Shown: one piece after another, positions 10,554 to 20,247 of the stretch
Numbering within the stretch: the first letter of the stretch is position 1
Layout: each line of letters starts with the position of its first letter
Source: Pseudomonadota bacterium
GTDB lineage: Bacteria > Pseudomonadota > Gammaproteobacteria > CALCKW01
Assembly (NCBI GenBank): GCA_039196715.1
Contig: JBCCUP010000003.1
Location: forward strand, 34,097-98,096
Direction of reading: 5' to 3'
Length of the DNA: 64,000 nt
Program-made: the position numbers and the translations under genes
Notes under the pieces: model-generated
What the model was told of the DNA's origin: nothing
Seen by the model: only the letters and a program-made list of their open reading frames with translations
Database searches by the model: none

Positions 10554-12017
10554 TCAGGTGTCCGCGCCCGACGTGTCCCGCGGCATGCGGTTCCAGGCAT
10601 CGAGTGCCGCGACCTTGTACGCCTCGGCGAGGGTCGGGTAGTTGAACGTGTTCTCGAGGAAGTAGTCGAGCTTGCCCTTGTGCCCCATGACCGCTTGCGC
10701 AACGTGGATCAGCTCGGTCGCGCCCTCGCCGACGATGTGCGCGCCGAGCAAGCGGTGCGACTTGATGGAAAAGATCAATTTCATCATGCCGCTGTTGAGG
10801 CCCATGATCTGACCGCGCGCGGTCTCGCGCAGCCGTGCCGTGCCGACTTCGTAGGGGATCCCCCGCTCGGCAACTTCCTGCTCGGACATCCCGACCGTGC
10901 TGATCTCGGGCACCGCGTAGATGCCGTAGGGTATGTGTTTGTCCGGTTCCGGCGCCTTGTTGTCAAACGCGTGCGCGGCGGCCAGACGCCCCTGCTCCAT
11001 CGAGGACGATGCCAACGAGGGAAACCCGATCACGTCGCCCACCGCGTAGATGTGCGGTACGTCGGTGCGGTAGAACTCGTCCACCTTGAGCCGATTTCGG
11101 TGGTCGACCTCAAGACCGGCTTTGTCCAGTTCGAGCGCACCGGTGGCGCCCATGCGCCCGGCACAAAACAGCACCATGTCGCTCGAGGCGATGCGCCCAC
11201 CGCCGAGGTGGCAGATGCAGCGGCCCTCGGCATCGCGTGTCACCTTGTCGACCGTGTGGCCCAGTCGCAGGGTCACGCCGCGTTCGCGCAAGTCGTGCAA
11301 CAGGTACTGGACGATGTCGTGGTCGACAAATCCCAACACGTCCGAGCGCGGGTCGATCAAGGTGACCCTGACATCCAACGCGCTGAAGATCGTCGCGTAT
11401 TCGACCCCGATCACGCCGGCGCCGATGACTGTCAGCGAGGCCGGGATACGATCAAGTGAGAGCAGTTCATCCGAATCGATGACGGTCGAGCCGTCGAAAG
11501 GGATGCTGTCCGGGCGAAACGGCTCCGTGCCCACCGCGAGCAGGATCTTCTCGCCGCGCAAGCGCCGCGTGTTGCCATCCGCCTGGCCGACATCGAGCGT
11601 GTGCGTGTCGACAAATCGCGCGACCCCGCACACCGTGTCGACGTGGTTGCGCATGAACTGGTGCTCCTGGATTTCCACTTCGTGGTCCAGCGTCCGGCGC
11701 AACCGGTGCAGCAGGTCGCTTGCCGTGATGCTCTGTTTGACCCGGTAGGTGCGCCCGTAGAATTCGCGTTCCCGCCACCCGGTCAGATTCAACACGGTCT
11801 CGCGCATGGTCTTGCTCGGGATCGTGCCGGTGTGGACGGACACGCCACCAACGCGCCGCCTCTTCTCGATCACCGCCACACGGCGCCCGAGTTTGGCCGC
11901 CTGGATCGCCGCCCGGCGCCCGCCGGGCCCACTGCCGACAATCACCAGATCGTACTGATCGGCGTCAGCCACGGTGATGGCCGGTTCGATGCGCGACACG
12001 GTCGCTTTTTTTGGCAT
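10554..12017 (-). CDS. sthA: Soluble pyridine nucleotide transhydrogenase (Si-specific)
   Basis: YDLVIVGSGPGGRRAAIQAAKLG..GGVSVHTGTIPSK plus a second Rossmann motif (LTVIGAGVIGVEYA). Start taken at ATG 12017; an in-frame GTG at 11978 would reduce the overlap with the upstream ORF. Confidence 0.9.
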   Translation of the reverse strand: MPKKATVSRIEPAITVADADQYDLVIVGSGPGGRRAAIQAAKLGRRVAVIEKRRRVGGVSVHTGTIPSKTMRETVLNLTGWREREFYGRTYRVKQSITASDLLHRLRRTLDHEVEIQEHQFMRNHVDTVCGVARFVDTHTLDVGQADGNTRRLRGEKILLAVGTEPFRPDSIPFDGSTVIDSDELLSLDRIPASLTVIGAGVIGVEYATIFSALDVRVTLIDPRSDVLGFVDHDIVQYLLHDLRERGVTLRLGHTVDKVTRDAEGRCICHLGGGRIASSDMVLFCAGRMGATGALELDKAGLEVDHRNRLKVDEFYRTDVPHIYAVGDVIGFPSLASSSMEQGRLAAAHAFDNKAPEPDKHIPYGIYAVPEISTVGMSEQEVAERGIPYEVGTARLRETARGQIMGLNSGMMKLIFSIKSHRLLGAHIVGEGATELIHVAQAVMGHKGKLDYFLENTFNYPTLAEAYKVAALDAWNRMPRDTSGADT

Positions 12018-13662
12018 GGCTGCGCCCTCGGTTCTGCGCGGTGTGCATGACAGTCTTGTAAGCAAGTGCGGTGCCGGTGCCGGCGCACCGGTGCCGGATG
12101 AGCCTGACGCAAAAAAGCCAGCCGATCAACCACACGCCCAGCCCACCACCGCCGCCAGCCGACGCGCTGTCGGCACTGGGGTCGGGGTCGCTGTCCACCG
12201 GGTCGGTCACGTCAGCGTCGTCGCCCTCGACCCCGCCCGGGTCGGTGCCCGACCCGTCGCCTCCCGGCCCGGGCGGCGGGGGCACGGGGGCGTCGATCGC
12301 CGCCTCCGCGCGCGCCGCCAGCCAATCGTAGGCGTCGGCCAGTGCGTCTCGGGCCACCACTGCATCGAGCAGGTCACCGGCCTGACACGCAAGGCCCGGC
12401 ACACACACTTCGAGCGCGTGGTCCGCGCCACGCAGCAGGTCGAGTTGGCCCCCCTGGCCGCACGCGATGCGTTCGCGCCGCGCCGTGAGCGTCGGCGCCT
12501 CCAGTGCATCGTGCACCGACAGCCACTGCGTCCGCGAGCGCGTCGCCGCACAGAGCAGCCGCGACTGCCGGGCCGGCACCAGGGCATCGGCACCGCCGTG
12601 CACGGCGCGCAGCGGTGCGACCGGCGCACCCTCGGCCACCCGGTTCGCCAACGACAGCCGCTGCAGCCGCGGCGAGCTCACCGTCCAGTCTGAGGCGGGC
12701 ACACCCAGGAACCGTTCCAGGATGCGCACCCCGTCGTCGTTGCCGTACCGGCCTGACGCCACCTGAGACGCAAAGTCCGCGACATCGGTGGGCGGATACA
12801 TCAGCAGCGCAGCCGCGACCGACGCGCGACGCTCCACCGCCAGCCACGCGGCGAGGTAGCCGCCTGCCGACTGACCAAACAGCACGGGCGACCCGGTTGC
12901 CGCGCCGTAGCGCGTGCCGTGGGTTTGCACCCAATCGAGCGCGGCCTCGGCGTCGGCGAGGATGTCCTCGGCGAGCCAGCCGCGACACGCCGCCGGACCG
13001 TCCTCGTCTCCGGCCAGACGGTAGAACGGGGCGAAGACCACGAGACCGCGGTCGGTGAAGTGTGCGATCAGGCTCTCGAGTCCGGGGTAGCCCGTCCGAC
13101 GGGCCGACCAGCTGCCACCGTGAAAGGCGATCACCGCCGGCTGCGCCCGCGCGCCCGGCCGCGCGGTGTACACCCGCATCTCGAGCGCGCACACGTCGTC
13201 CCCGTCGGCGCGCGACACGCTGCGGTACGCGACACGCCCAAGGTAGGGCTCGGCACTGTCGCGCAACCCGGGCAACGTCAATGGCATGCGCGTGCCCGGT
13301 GTGCTGAGCCAGGTTTGCACGGTATCCGGCAGGTCGGTGGCGTCGCCGAGCACACCGGGTACACCGAGCTCGGCGCAGTAGCGGGCCATCGGCACCACCG
13401 CCGTGTCGACCGGCTGACTGCAGCCCGCGTCGAGGTAGCGCGTCCCGCCGAGGGTCGCAGACACGGTGCACTGCCCCTGGGTACGGGCGTACAGCGGTTC
13501 GCGCGGCAAGCTGAGCACCAGTTGTTCGGCGACCTCACACGCGAGCTCGCCGCCGATGTCACCGGCCGTCGCGCCGAACGATAACGACGGCCCGCACGCC
13601 CCCCCTAGCAGGAGTGCGAGCGTGAACGCACAACGCGACCGTGTGAGCTCCATCCTCAGCAT
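11965..13662 (-). CDS. Secreted alpha/beta hydrolase (esterase/lipase-type) with an acidic Pro/Gly linker and a GlyGly-CTERM-like tail
   Basis: Signal peptide MLRMELTRSRCAFTLALLLGGACG. HGGSW oxyanion motif and GQSAGG nucleophile elbow. C-terminal ...SAGGGGGLGVWLIGWLFCVRLIRHR followed by 40 more codons that overlap the sthA start. ATG at 13662 or 13653. Confidence 0.8.
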   Translation of the reverse strand: MLRMELTRSRCAFTLALLLGGACGPSLSFGATAGDIGGELACEVAEQLVLSLPREPLYARTQGQCTVSATLGGTRYLDAGCSQPVDTAVVPMARYCAELGVPGVLGDATDLPDTVQTWLSTPGTRMPLTLPGLRDSAEPYLGRVAYRSVSRADGDDVCALEMRVYTARPGARAQPAVIAFHGGSWSARRTGYPGLESLIAHFTDRGLVVFAPFYRLAGDEDGPAACRGWLAEDILADAEAALDWVQTHGTRYGAATGSPVLFGQSAGGYLAAWLAVERRASVAAALLMYPPTDVADFASQVASGRYGNDDGVRILERFLGVPASDWTVSSPRLQRLSLANRVAEGAPVAPLRAVHGGADALVPARQSRLLCAATRSRTQWLSVHDALEAPTLTARRERIACGQGGQLDLLRGADHALEVCVPGLACQAGDLLDAVVARDALADAYDWLAARAEAAIDAPVPPPPGPGGDGSGTDPGGVEGDDADVTDPVDSDPDPSADSASAGGGGGLGVWLIGWLFCVRLIRHRCAGTGTALAYKTVMHTAQNRGRSHAKKSDRVAHRTGHHRG

Positions 13663-13843
13663 GCACCTCACCTGAAAACGCGTCCGACGGCCGTTGAATT
13701 TGGGCCAACCGGCTGTTGTGCACAAGTCGCTTGGCCGTGCGTGCCACGCCGAGCCCGGTGTCAACGCCGTCGCCGATGCATTGCCGCGACAAATTGACAT
13801 AGACTGAAACGCAATCGAAGGCGGGCTTGGGAGCACAGGGCGG

Positions 13844-14437
13844 GTGACGGTATCGCGGTGGTTTTTCGGCTACGGCTCGTTGGTCAACGACCACACCTTG
13901 CCCGAGGGCACGGAGTGGCAGACCGTCACGGTGCGCGGCTGGCGACGGTGCTGGGGTCACACGATTCCGCGCGACCCAGCCTGGTTCGCGCTCTCGCTGG
14001 TGTCCGACCCCGACGGCGCGGTCGATGGCGTCTTGATCCGTGAAACCGCCACACTGGCGCCGGTGCTGGTCGAGCGCGAGTCCGGCTACAGCCCGCACCC
14101 GCTGACGCTCGATACGCTCAGCGCGGCGCTGCCTGATGGCGACACCCCCTGGGTGTGGCTGAGCGACCACCTCGCCGAGCCCGACGCATCAGGCTGTCTG
14201 CTGCAAAGCTACGTGGACTGCGTGATGGCCGGGTTTCTGCGCCACTTCGGTGCCGACGGGCTCGACCGCTTCATCGCCACCACCGACGGCTGGACACACC
14301 CCGTCATCGCCGACCGCGGCGCGCCCCGCTACCCGCGCGCCGTCACGCTGCAGGACGACGCAACCCACGCGATCGATCAACGCGTCGCGACCGCGCAACG
14401 GCGCGCGCGCGCCACCGGAGAACCGTCCCGTGCTTAG
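13844..14437 (+). CDS. ChaC-like gamma-glutamylcyclotransferase family protein
   Basis: N-terminal WFFGYGSLV motif and a later RE.GY segment, as in the ChaC/GGCT fold. GTG start. Confidence 0.65.
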   Translation: MTVSRWFFGYGSLVNDHTLPEGTEWQTVTVRGWRRCWGHTIPRDPAWFALSLVSDPDGAVDGVLIRETATLAPVLVERESGYSPHPLTLDTLSAALPDGDTPWVWLSDHLAEPDASGCLLQSYVDCVMAGFLRHFGADGLDRFIATTDGWTHPVIADRGAPRYPRAVTLQDDATHAIDQRVATAQRRARATGEPSRA

Positions 14438-14702
14438 GCTCATAGCCGGTCCGGTCGGGTTGGTGGTCTGCGGCGTGCTCGCCGCCCTGCTCGTGGCCTA
14501 CCTCTGTCAGGCACGCGGTCGCTGGCTCGCCGCGATCGCGGTGATCGCCGTGCCCACCACTTTTGTCGGCATCCTGATCCACGACCTGCTCGACCTCGAC
14601 GTCGGCTTGTCACCGCTGACCAGCACGCTGGTCGTTGTCTCCACCACCACCGGTGTTGTCGCCGGCCTGATCGCCACCCTCTTTGCGTCGCGGGCCACGT
14701 AG
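14430..14702 (+). CDS. Small hypothetical membrane protein (~90 aa, three hydrophobic segments)
   Basis: GTG at 14430 overlaps the stop of the preceding gene: VLRLIAGPVGLVVCGVLAALLVAYL...IAVIAVPTTFVGILI...VVVSTTTGVVAGLIATLF. No recognisable family. Confidence 0.4.
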   Translation: MLRLIAGPVGLVVCGVLAALLVAYLCQARGRWLAAIAVIAVPTTFVGILIHDLLDLDVGLSPLTSTLVVVSTTTGVVAGLIATLFASRAT

Positions 14703-14730
14703 AACGCCACTCCGTTTCAGGGACACTGTC

Positions 14731-16095
14731 ATGCCAGACGCCGTTGCATGGGCCACGCTCCGCACACTCTCCGAGCAACTCCAGCGCGGCGAGGTGCAGG
14801 CCGCCGATCTGGTCGAGGCGGCGCTGGCGCGGATCGATGCGGCCGACACCCCCGACGGCCCGGTGTTTCTGCGTCGGTTTGACAGCGAGGCGCGACGCGA
14901 GGCCCTGGCCGTCGACAACGCGCGAGCGCGCGGCGAGGCGGTCTCACCCTGGGCCGGGATCCCGTTCGCAGTCAAGGATCTGTTCGACGTCAGCGGGCAC
15001 GTGACCCACGCCGGCGCCGTGGCCACACGAGATGACCCGCCCGCACGACACGACGCCACCGTGGTCGCGGCCCTGCGCCAGGCCGGGCTGATACCGGTCG
15101 GCGCGACCAACATGACCGAATTCGCGTTCTCCGGCATTGGCATCAACCCCCACTACGGCACGCCGGAGGCCGCGCCCTGGCCCGGTGAGCGGCGGGCCCC
15201 GGGTGGCTCGTCGAGCGGCGCAGGTGTGTCGGTTGCACGGCAGATGGTGCCGTTGTCGCTCGGCACCGACACCGCGGGCTCCTGCCGCATCCCGGCGGCC
15301 TGGAACAACGTCGTCGGGCTCAAGCCCAGTCAGTCTCGGGTGTCGCGCGACGGCGTCTTTCCGCTGTCCACCACACTCGACGCACCCGGCCCGCTTGCGC
15401 AGAGTGCCGACTGTTGCCGCATTGCCGATGCCCTGATGCGCGGCGTGATGCCAGCGCCGGCGCCGTCGGCTTCGCTCTCTGCCTTCCGCTTCATAGCGCC
15501 GGTCGGCGATCGCCTGCCGCCGCTCGACGACGACGTGGCCGAGCACTACCGCGCCGCACTGCAACAGCTCGAAGACGCCGGCGCCACCGTGGTCGAGCAA
15601 CCGGCACCCGCGTTCGAGCAGGCGGCCGAGGCGTTTCTGTCGCGCCCGATTGCGGGCTACGAAGCCTGGCTGGTACACCGCGATCGCCTTGCCGCACGGG
15701 GCGGCGAGTACGACCCCAACGTCGCGGCGCGTCTGCGTGCCGGCGCCAATGTCGACCCTGCCGAACACGCCCGCACGGTCGCCGAGCGACGTCACGTCGC
15801 TGACGCCTTCCGCGCTGACACACCACCAAAAACGGTCCACCTGCTGCCCACCACGGCAAACACACCGCCGTCGATCGATGCGCTGGCACGAGACAACGAC
15901 CTGTTCGCAAAACAGAACCTCAGAGCACTGGTCTACACCTCGATCGCGAACTACCTGGACGGCTGTGCCCTCTCACTGCCGATCGGGCGTGGCGTGGGAC
16001 TGAGCCTGATTGGCCCGAGTGGCACCGATGATGCGTTGTTTGACGCAGCAGAGGCCGTCGAGCACGTGTTGTCGAGGTCCCGCTCCACACCCTGA
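14731..16095 (+). CDS. Amidase-signature family amidase
   Basis: GGSSSGAGVSVA...LGTDTAGSCRIPA amidase signature and the catalytic Lys context FAVKDLFDV. ATG at 14731. Confidence 0.88.
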   Translation: MPDAVAWATLRTLSEQLQRGEVQAADLVEAALARIDAADTPDGPVFLRRFDSEARREALAVDNARARGEAVSPWAGIPFAVKDLFDVSGHVTHAGAVATRDDPPARHDATVVAALRQAGLIPVGATNMTEFAFSGIGINPHYGTPEAAPWPGERRAPGGSSSGAGVSVARQMVPLSLGTDTAGSCRIPAAWNNVVGLKPSQSRVSRDGVFPLSTTLDAPGPLAQSADCCRIADALMRGVMPAPAPSASLSAFRFIAPVGDRLPPLDDDVAEHYRAALQQLEDAGATVVEQPAPAFEQAAEAFLSRPIAGYEAWLVHRDRLAARGGEYDPNVAARLRAGANVDPAEHARTVAERRHVADAFRADTPPKTVHLLPTTANTPPSIDALARDNDLFAKQNLRALVYTSIANYLDGCALSLPIGRGVGLSLIGPSGTDDALFDAAEAVEHVLSRSRSTP

Positions 16096-16116
16096 CCGCA
16101 CAGCGACCTGCACGAC

Positions 16117-17511
16117 ATGAGACTCCAACGCGCGCTGGCCGTGGCCGCATTGCTCACGGCGACCCCCACCCTGTTCACTGTCACAACGCACGCGCCGCAC
16201 GGCACTGGCGCAGCGGCTGCGGCATCCTGCCCGACCATCGACGAGCCCCGGTACGTCGACCTGTGCGCCGGTGTGGAACCGCAGTTCGGGGCGGTCCGCA
16301 TGTTGCGCCAGAAGCGACCCGCGCAGTACGAGGCGATGACCGACCCGACCTTCGGCACCACGATCCGGCGCATCACCGACGCGTCCGAGGGCGAGATCCA
16401 CAAGCCGGTGTACAGCACGATCCAGGCGTGGAACGCCGACGAGAGCTACCTGGTGCTGTATTACCAGCCCGGTGACGGGGACGGTGAACACCGGCTGTAC
16501 GACGGCCAGACCTACCGCTACGTACGCACACTCGATATCGACCCCGCCGACCTCGAAGAGGTGTTCTGGCACAACACGGACCCGGACATCCTCTTCTACG
16601 CCGAGTCCTACTACCGCAAGCTCTACCGCTACCACGTGTCGGAGCACCGCAGCGAACTGTGGATGGACTTCAACAAGGTGTGCCCAAAGGGCAACGACCT
16701 CGTCAGCGGAGGCGATGTCCACATGCCGAGCTGGGACAGCCGGTACATGGGGTTCCGCTGCGGCGGCTACAGCGACGCGGCTGCCAAGACCTACATCGTC
16801 GACCTGCAGGAACGCCTGCTGCTGAGCGTGGGCACCAGCGGGGTGGGTGACGCGGACGACGACCCCCGCGGCTACGACGCCTACTCGGCGCCGATGCCGG
16901 GGCCGTCCGGGAAGACCTACTTCTACCAGGGCGACGTGCTCGATGTGAAACAACGCAAGCTGCGCTCTCTCGCCGTCGCACAGGAAGAACACAGCTCCCT
17001 CGGTCGCCTGCCCGACGGCAGCGACGCGTTCTTCGCCGTCGGCTTCATCGACGCACCCGACAAGCGCTGCGGCGGCAGCATCGGTCAGGTCGTCGCACAC
17101 AACCTCGAAACCGGCGAGTGTTTCATCGCCCTGGGGCCCGAACAGGGCATCGGCTACCCGGCGACGAGCACGCACCACTCTGCCCTGGCCCGTGCGGCAC
17201 CGGGCTGGGTCGCGAGTTCCTCGGTGGGCGAGACCGGCCGGGATCTGATCGGCAGCTACCAGAAGATGCCCGGTCAGGAGATCTACCTGACCTACGCGGA
17301 CAAGGCCAACCCGCAACACTGCCGGGTGGCCCACCACCGCAGTTTCGGCAAGGACAACACCCGTTTGCACAACGGCTACTTCGCCGAGCCGCACGTGACC
17401 ATCAGCCCGAGCGGCACGCGGCTGCTGTTCGGCAGCGATTGGCACGGCGAGAACCGCGTCGACACCTACGTGGTCGAGTTGCCGATCCACGCAGCCTGCG
17501 CAACCCCCTGA
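16117..17511 (+). CDS. Secreted hypothetical protein, probably beta-propeller-like
   Basis: Signal peptide MRLQRALAVAALLTATPTLF. C-terminal ..HVTISPSGTRLLFGSDWHGE..VDTYVVEL resembles TolB/PD40-type blades. No confident family assignment. Confidence 0.7.
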   Translation: MRLQRALAVAALLTATPTLFTVTTHAPHGTGAAAAASCPTIDEPRYVDLCAGVEPQFGAVRMLRQKRPAQYEAMTDPTFGTTIRRITDASEGEIHKPVYSTIQAWNADESYLVLYYQPGDGDGEHRLYDGQTYRYVRTLDIDPADLEEVFWHNTDPDILFYAESYYRKLYRYHVSEHRSELWMDFNKVCPKGNDLVSGGDVHMPSWDSRYMGFRCGGYSDAAAKTYIVDLQERLLLSVGTSGVGDADDDPRGYDAYSAPMPGPSGKTYFYQGDVLDVKQRKLRSLAVAQEEHSSLGRLPDGSDAFFAVGFIDAPDKRCGGSIGQVVAHNLETGECFIALGPEQGIGYPATSTHHSALARAAPGWVASSSVGETGRDLIGSYQKMPGQEIYLTYADKANPQHCRVAHHRSFGKDNTRLHNGYFAEPHVTISPSGTRLLFGSDWHGENRVDTYVVELPIHAACATP

Positions 17512-17569
17512 GCGTCAGTCAAACGCCCGGTCGTTCACGGGGCTCCACGCCACCGCGTGTCATCGGGCC

Positions 17570-19507
17570 TCACCGGCGCTGTCGACGCGCGCGGCGCGAC
17601 TCCGCCGCCGGGTGCGGTCTAGCCGTTCTATCTGGATCAAGACTGCCAGCATCTGCTGCACTGTGGGCACCGTGTCTGAAGCCGATTTTCACATCCCTGT
17701 GCAGTACCCCGTCGTCGGTCGACGCCTCCGAGCCGTCATGGCCTATGCGCTTTATCTTTTCCTGGTCCTTCGACTGGTCCAAACCGACCTTCGCGCGCAC
17801 GGTGCGCGCCGTGGCTTGGCGACCCAATTTGCTGCGCAGGCTCACCGGGTCCTGCGACATACCGAGCACCGAAACCAATTGTTCTTTGCGCCCCACCTCA
17901 GGCTGGTCAGCAGGATCGAAAGCGCCACGGTTAGCCTCGACCCGCAACAGGTTGGTGTAGAGCACCTGCATGATCACGAGGTAGGCGTAGAAATAGGCCG
18001 TGAATTCCAGGTTCACCATGCGTGAGCCGAACACGTTGATCAACGCGAGGCAAAGCACCATCGAGGCGGCACTCGCCCCAAGTATCCGTTCAAAGCGCTG
18101 TTCGCTTCGTCGGTAAATTTGCCAGCCCATCCACATGAACATGGCTTTCATCGACAGGAAAATGAAGAAGGCCGGCAGCCCCATCTGCGCGGCCACGTAA
18201 AAATACATGCTGTGCGGGTCGCCCTCTTTCACCTGTTCCCGTGTGTACTGGGACTTCAGGTACGGAAAGGCCTTGAAGCCCTTACCGAGGATCGGGCTCT
18301 CAGCAATCATGTTGCCCGCGGCTTCCCAGAGGATGAAACGGATCTCCGAACTGCGGTCGAGCTGCCCCTGTTGGCCAGTTTCGGTGGTCTGGTTGAGCCG
18401 CGCCATGATGGATTGCGGAATCAGCGACGGAAATGCAGCCAAGGTCCCAACGCCGAGCACCGCTGCAAGCACAAGAAACCGTTTACCACGGAAATACGTG
18501 AGCAGCCCACCGCCTGCCGCCAGCGCCACGTAGGCGCCGCGCGAGAAGGTGGCGATCAGCACTTTCGCGGTCAACAACAGGTACGGCGCCAGCACCCAAT
18601 AGCGCACCTTGGTCAGATTGAACAGCAACAGGGCGGCGATCGGCAGTGTCGTGAAGGCGAGAAAGCCACCGAAATCGTTCGGCTGTTCGAAGGTACCGCC
18701 CACACGTGCCTTTTCGATCGAAGACGCGCCGCGCTTCTCCACCCACTCCTTGGCGCCCAGGCCGACAACCAGCAAGGTGCCGATCATGCTGTAGATCGCC
18801 ATCCGCTTGGCCTGCCCCGGGGTGCGAACAAGGCCGATGACCGCGACGTAAAACCCGGCCTGGGCAACCCAGGCCGTCGCCTGTGAGAGCTCGTTGCCAA
18901 TGACCCACGACAAGGCGCCCGGTGTGAAGACGAGGGTCGCAATCGAACCGCAACTCAGGACCCACCACGCCAACACCAGGTTTCGTCCCTTGATCGCCGG
19001 CAGAAACGGCGTGCCGGATTCCTTGGCGCTCTTCCACGCGAAGAAGAGACACAGCGCAATGAAGATGTTCGTGCCGTTCACCAGCGGCGCAATCGACACC
19101 GCGTACAGTTTGGCGAACGGCAGGTAGAGCAAGGACACCGCGAGAATGATTTCAGGCTGCTCGCGCGCACGCAGGATGATCGAGCCGAGGATGGCCCCAG
19201 CGATGCCGTACAACACCAGTTTGGGCATCGGGATTTGCAGCAGCACGATCGCGCCCATGAACAGACCGGGCACGATCAGGAAACGCAGAATCTCGAACAC
19301 CCGCTCGATGTTGAGGTCCTCGTCCTCGATCTCGCGTGCCGTCGCGGCGTGGCGCTGCTTGATTTGGCCACCGACCGATGCCAGACCCGCCGTCGGGTCG
19401 TGGCCGATGCGCGGGCCGTCTTCGAGCGTCTCGCCGCCTGCGTCCGGCGCGCGGCCGATTTTAGGTTGCAAATTGCCGATAGATCGCATCGTAGACCCCG
19501 TTTCCAA
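17570..19507 (-). CDS. O-antigen ligase / Wzy-like polytopic membrane protein with long hydrophilic N- and C-terminal extensions
   Basis: About 10 hydrophobic segments with a large periplasmic loop (..ARVGGTFEQPNDFGGFLAF..), typical of the Wzy_C/O-antigen ligase family. Last gene of the EPS operon. Start and functional C-terminal end are uncertain. Confidence 0.75.
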   Translation of the reverse strand: METGSTMRSIGNLQPKIGRAPDAGGETLEDGPRIGHDPTAGLASVGGQIKQRHAATAREIEDEDLNIERVFEILRFLIVPGLFMGAIVLLQIPMPKLVLYGIAGAILGSIILRAREQPEIILAVSLLYLPFAKLYAVSIAPLVNGTNIFIALCLFFAWKSAKESGTPFLPAIKGRNLVLAWWVLSCGSIATLVFTPGALSWVIGNELSQATAWVAQAGFYVAVIGLVRTPGQAKRMAIYSMIGTLLVVGLGAKEWVEKRGASSIEKARVGGTFEQPNDFGGFLAFTTLPIAALLLFNLTKVRYWVLAPYLLLTAKVLIATFSRGAYVALAAGGGLLTYFRGKRFLVLAAVLGVGTLAAFPSLIPQSIMARLNQTTETGQQGQLDRSSEIRFILWEAAGNMIAESPILGKGFKAFPYLKSQYTREQVKEGDPHSMYFYVAAQMGLPAFFIFLSMKAMFMWMGWQIYRRSEQRFERILGASAASMVLCLALINVFGSRMVNLEFTAYFYAYLVIMQVLYTNLLRVEANRGAFDPADQPEVGRKEQLVSVLGMSQDPVSLRSKLGRQATARTVRAKVGLDQSKDQEKIKRIGHDGSEASTDDGVLHRDVKIGFRHGAHSAADAGSLDPDRTARPHPAAESRRARRQRR

Positions 19508-20246
19508 GCACCCGCTTGGCGGTCGATTTCAACAGTGAATTGCGCCGTGCCCGCCGGTGCTGGGTCGACTCAGGGTCGCACAACGCGACCACGGTGTCCG
19601 CTGCCATGCCCTCGCGCACCGGCAGTCGGCCGATCAATTCACGCTGGCCCCAGCGGTGAAGCTTGAACTCGCTGCCGTACACCCAGCGGTAACCGAGTTC
19701 GAAGGCCAGTTCCACATCGCGTCGACCACAGCGGCCGCCAGGGAAACTGATCGTGTCGACCTCAGCGCCGAGCACACCCTCGAGAATCGCCTTGCTGTCA
19801 GCGAGTTCGGCGCGTGCCGCGCTGGCGTCGAGGTCAGCAATGAACCGGTGGCTGCAGCCGTGGCTGCCGATCTGCATGCCGAGCGCGCGCATCTCGCGGA
19901 GGTCAGACGCGGCACAGAAATGCGGGCGTGCGTCGACCCAGTCGGTGGTGATGAAGAACACGCCGTTCAGTTCGCGCTCCGCCAGCGTTGGCGCAACGAA
20001 ACGGGCGTTGCTCACATGACCGTCGTCGAAGCTCAGCAACACAGTCCGCTCGGTCCTAGGTGTGTCGACTGCGTTGACGTCGGCAATACCGTAGCCGGCA
20101 GTTTGCAAGGCAACCAGGTGCGCGACGAAGGCTGACTCCGACACCGCGTAGGGTCTGTCAGCGGCCTCGATCGCGGACTGCGGCGTGCACGTGCCGTAGG
20201 TCGCATGGTACATCAACACCGCCAGTTGCTCGCCTCGCGCGCCCAT
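19461..20246 (-). CDS. Polysaccharide deacetylase (NodB homology domain)
   Basis: LLSFDDGHVSN...IGSHGCSHR motifs. The ATG at 20246 lies 1 nt after the TGA of the upstream glycosyltransferase; the 71 codons before it in the track ORF are rejected. Confidence 0.85.
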   Translation of the reverse strand: MGARGEQLAVLMYHATYGTCTPQSAIEAADRPYAVSESAFVAHLVALQTAGYGIADVNAVDTPRTERTVLLSFDDGHVSNARFVAPTLAERELNGVFFITTDWVDARPHFCAASDLREMRALGMQIGSHGCSHRFIADLDASAARAELADSKAILEGVLGAEVDTISFPGGRCGRRDVELAFELGYRWVYGSEFKLHRWGQRELIGRLPVREGMAADTVVALCDPESTQHRRARRNSLLKSTAKRVLGNGVYDAIYRQFAT

Positions 20247-20247
20247 G

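Noticed and set aside
15973-17490. 505-aa minus-strand ORF
   Set aside because: It lies antisense to the amidase 3' end and the secreted hypothetical gene. It has Val/Ala/Arg/Gly-rich composition, no start context and no motifs.
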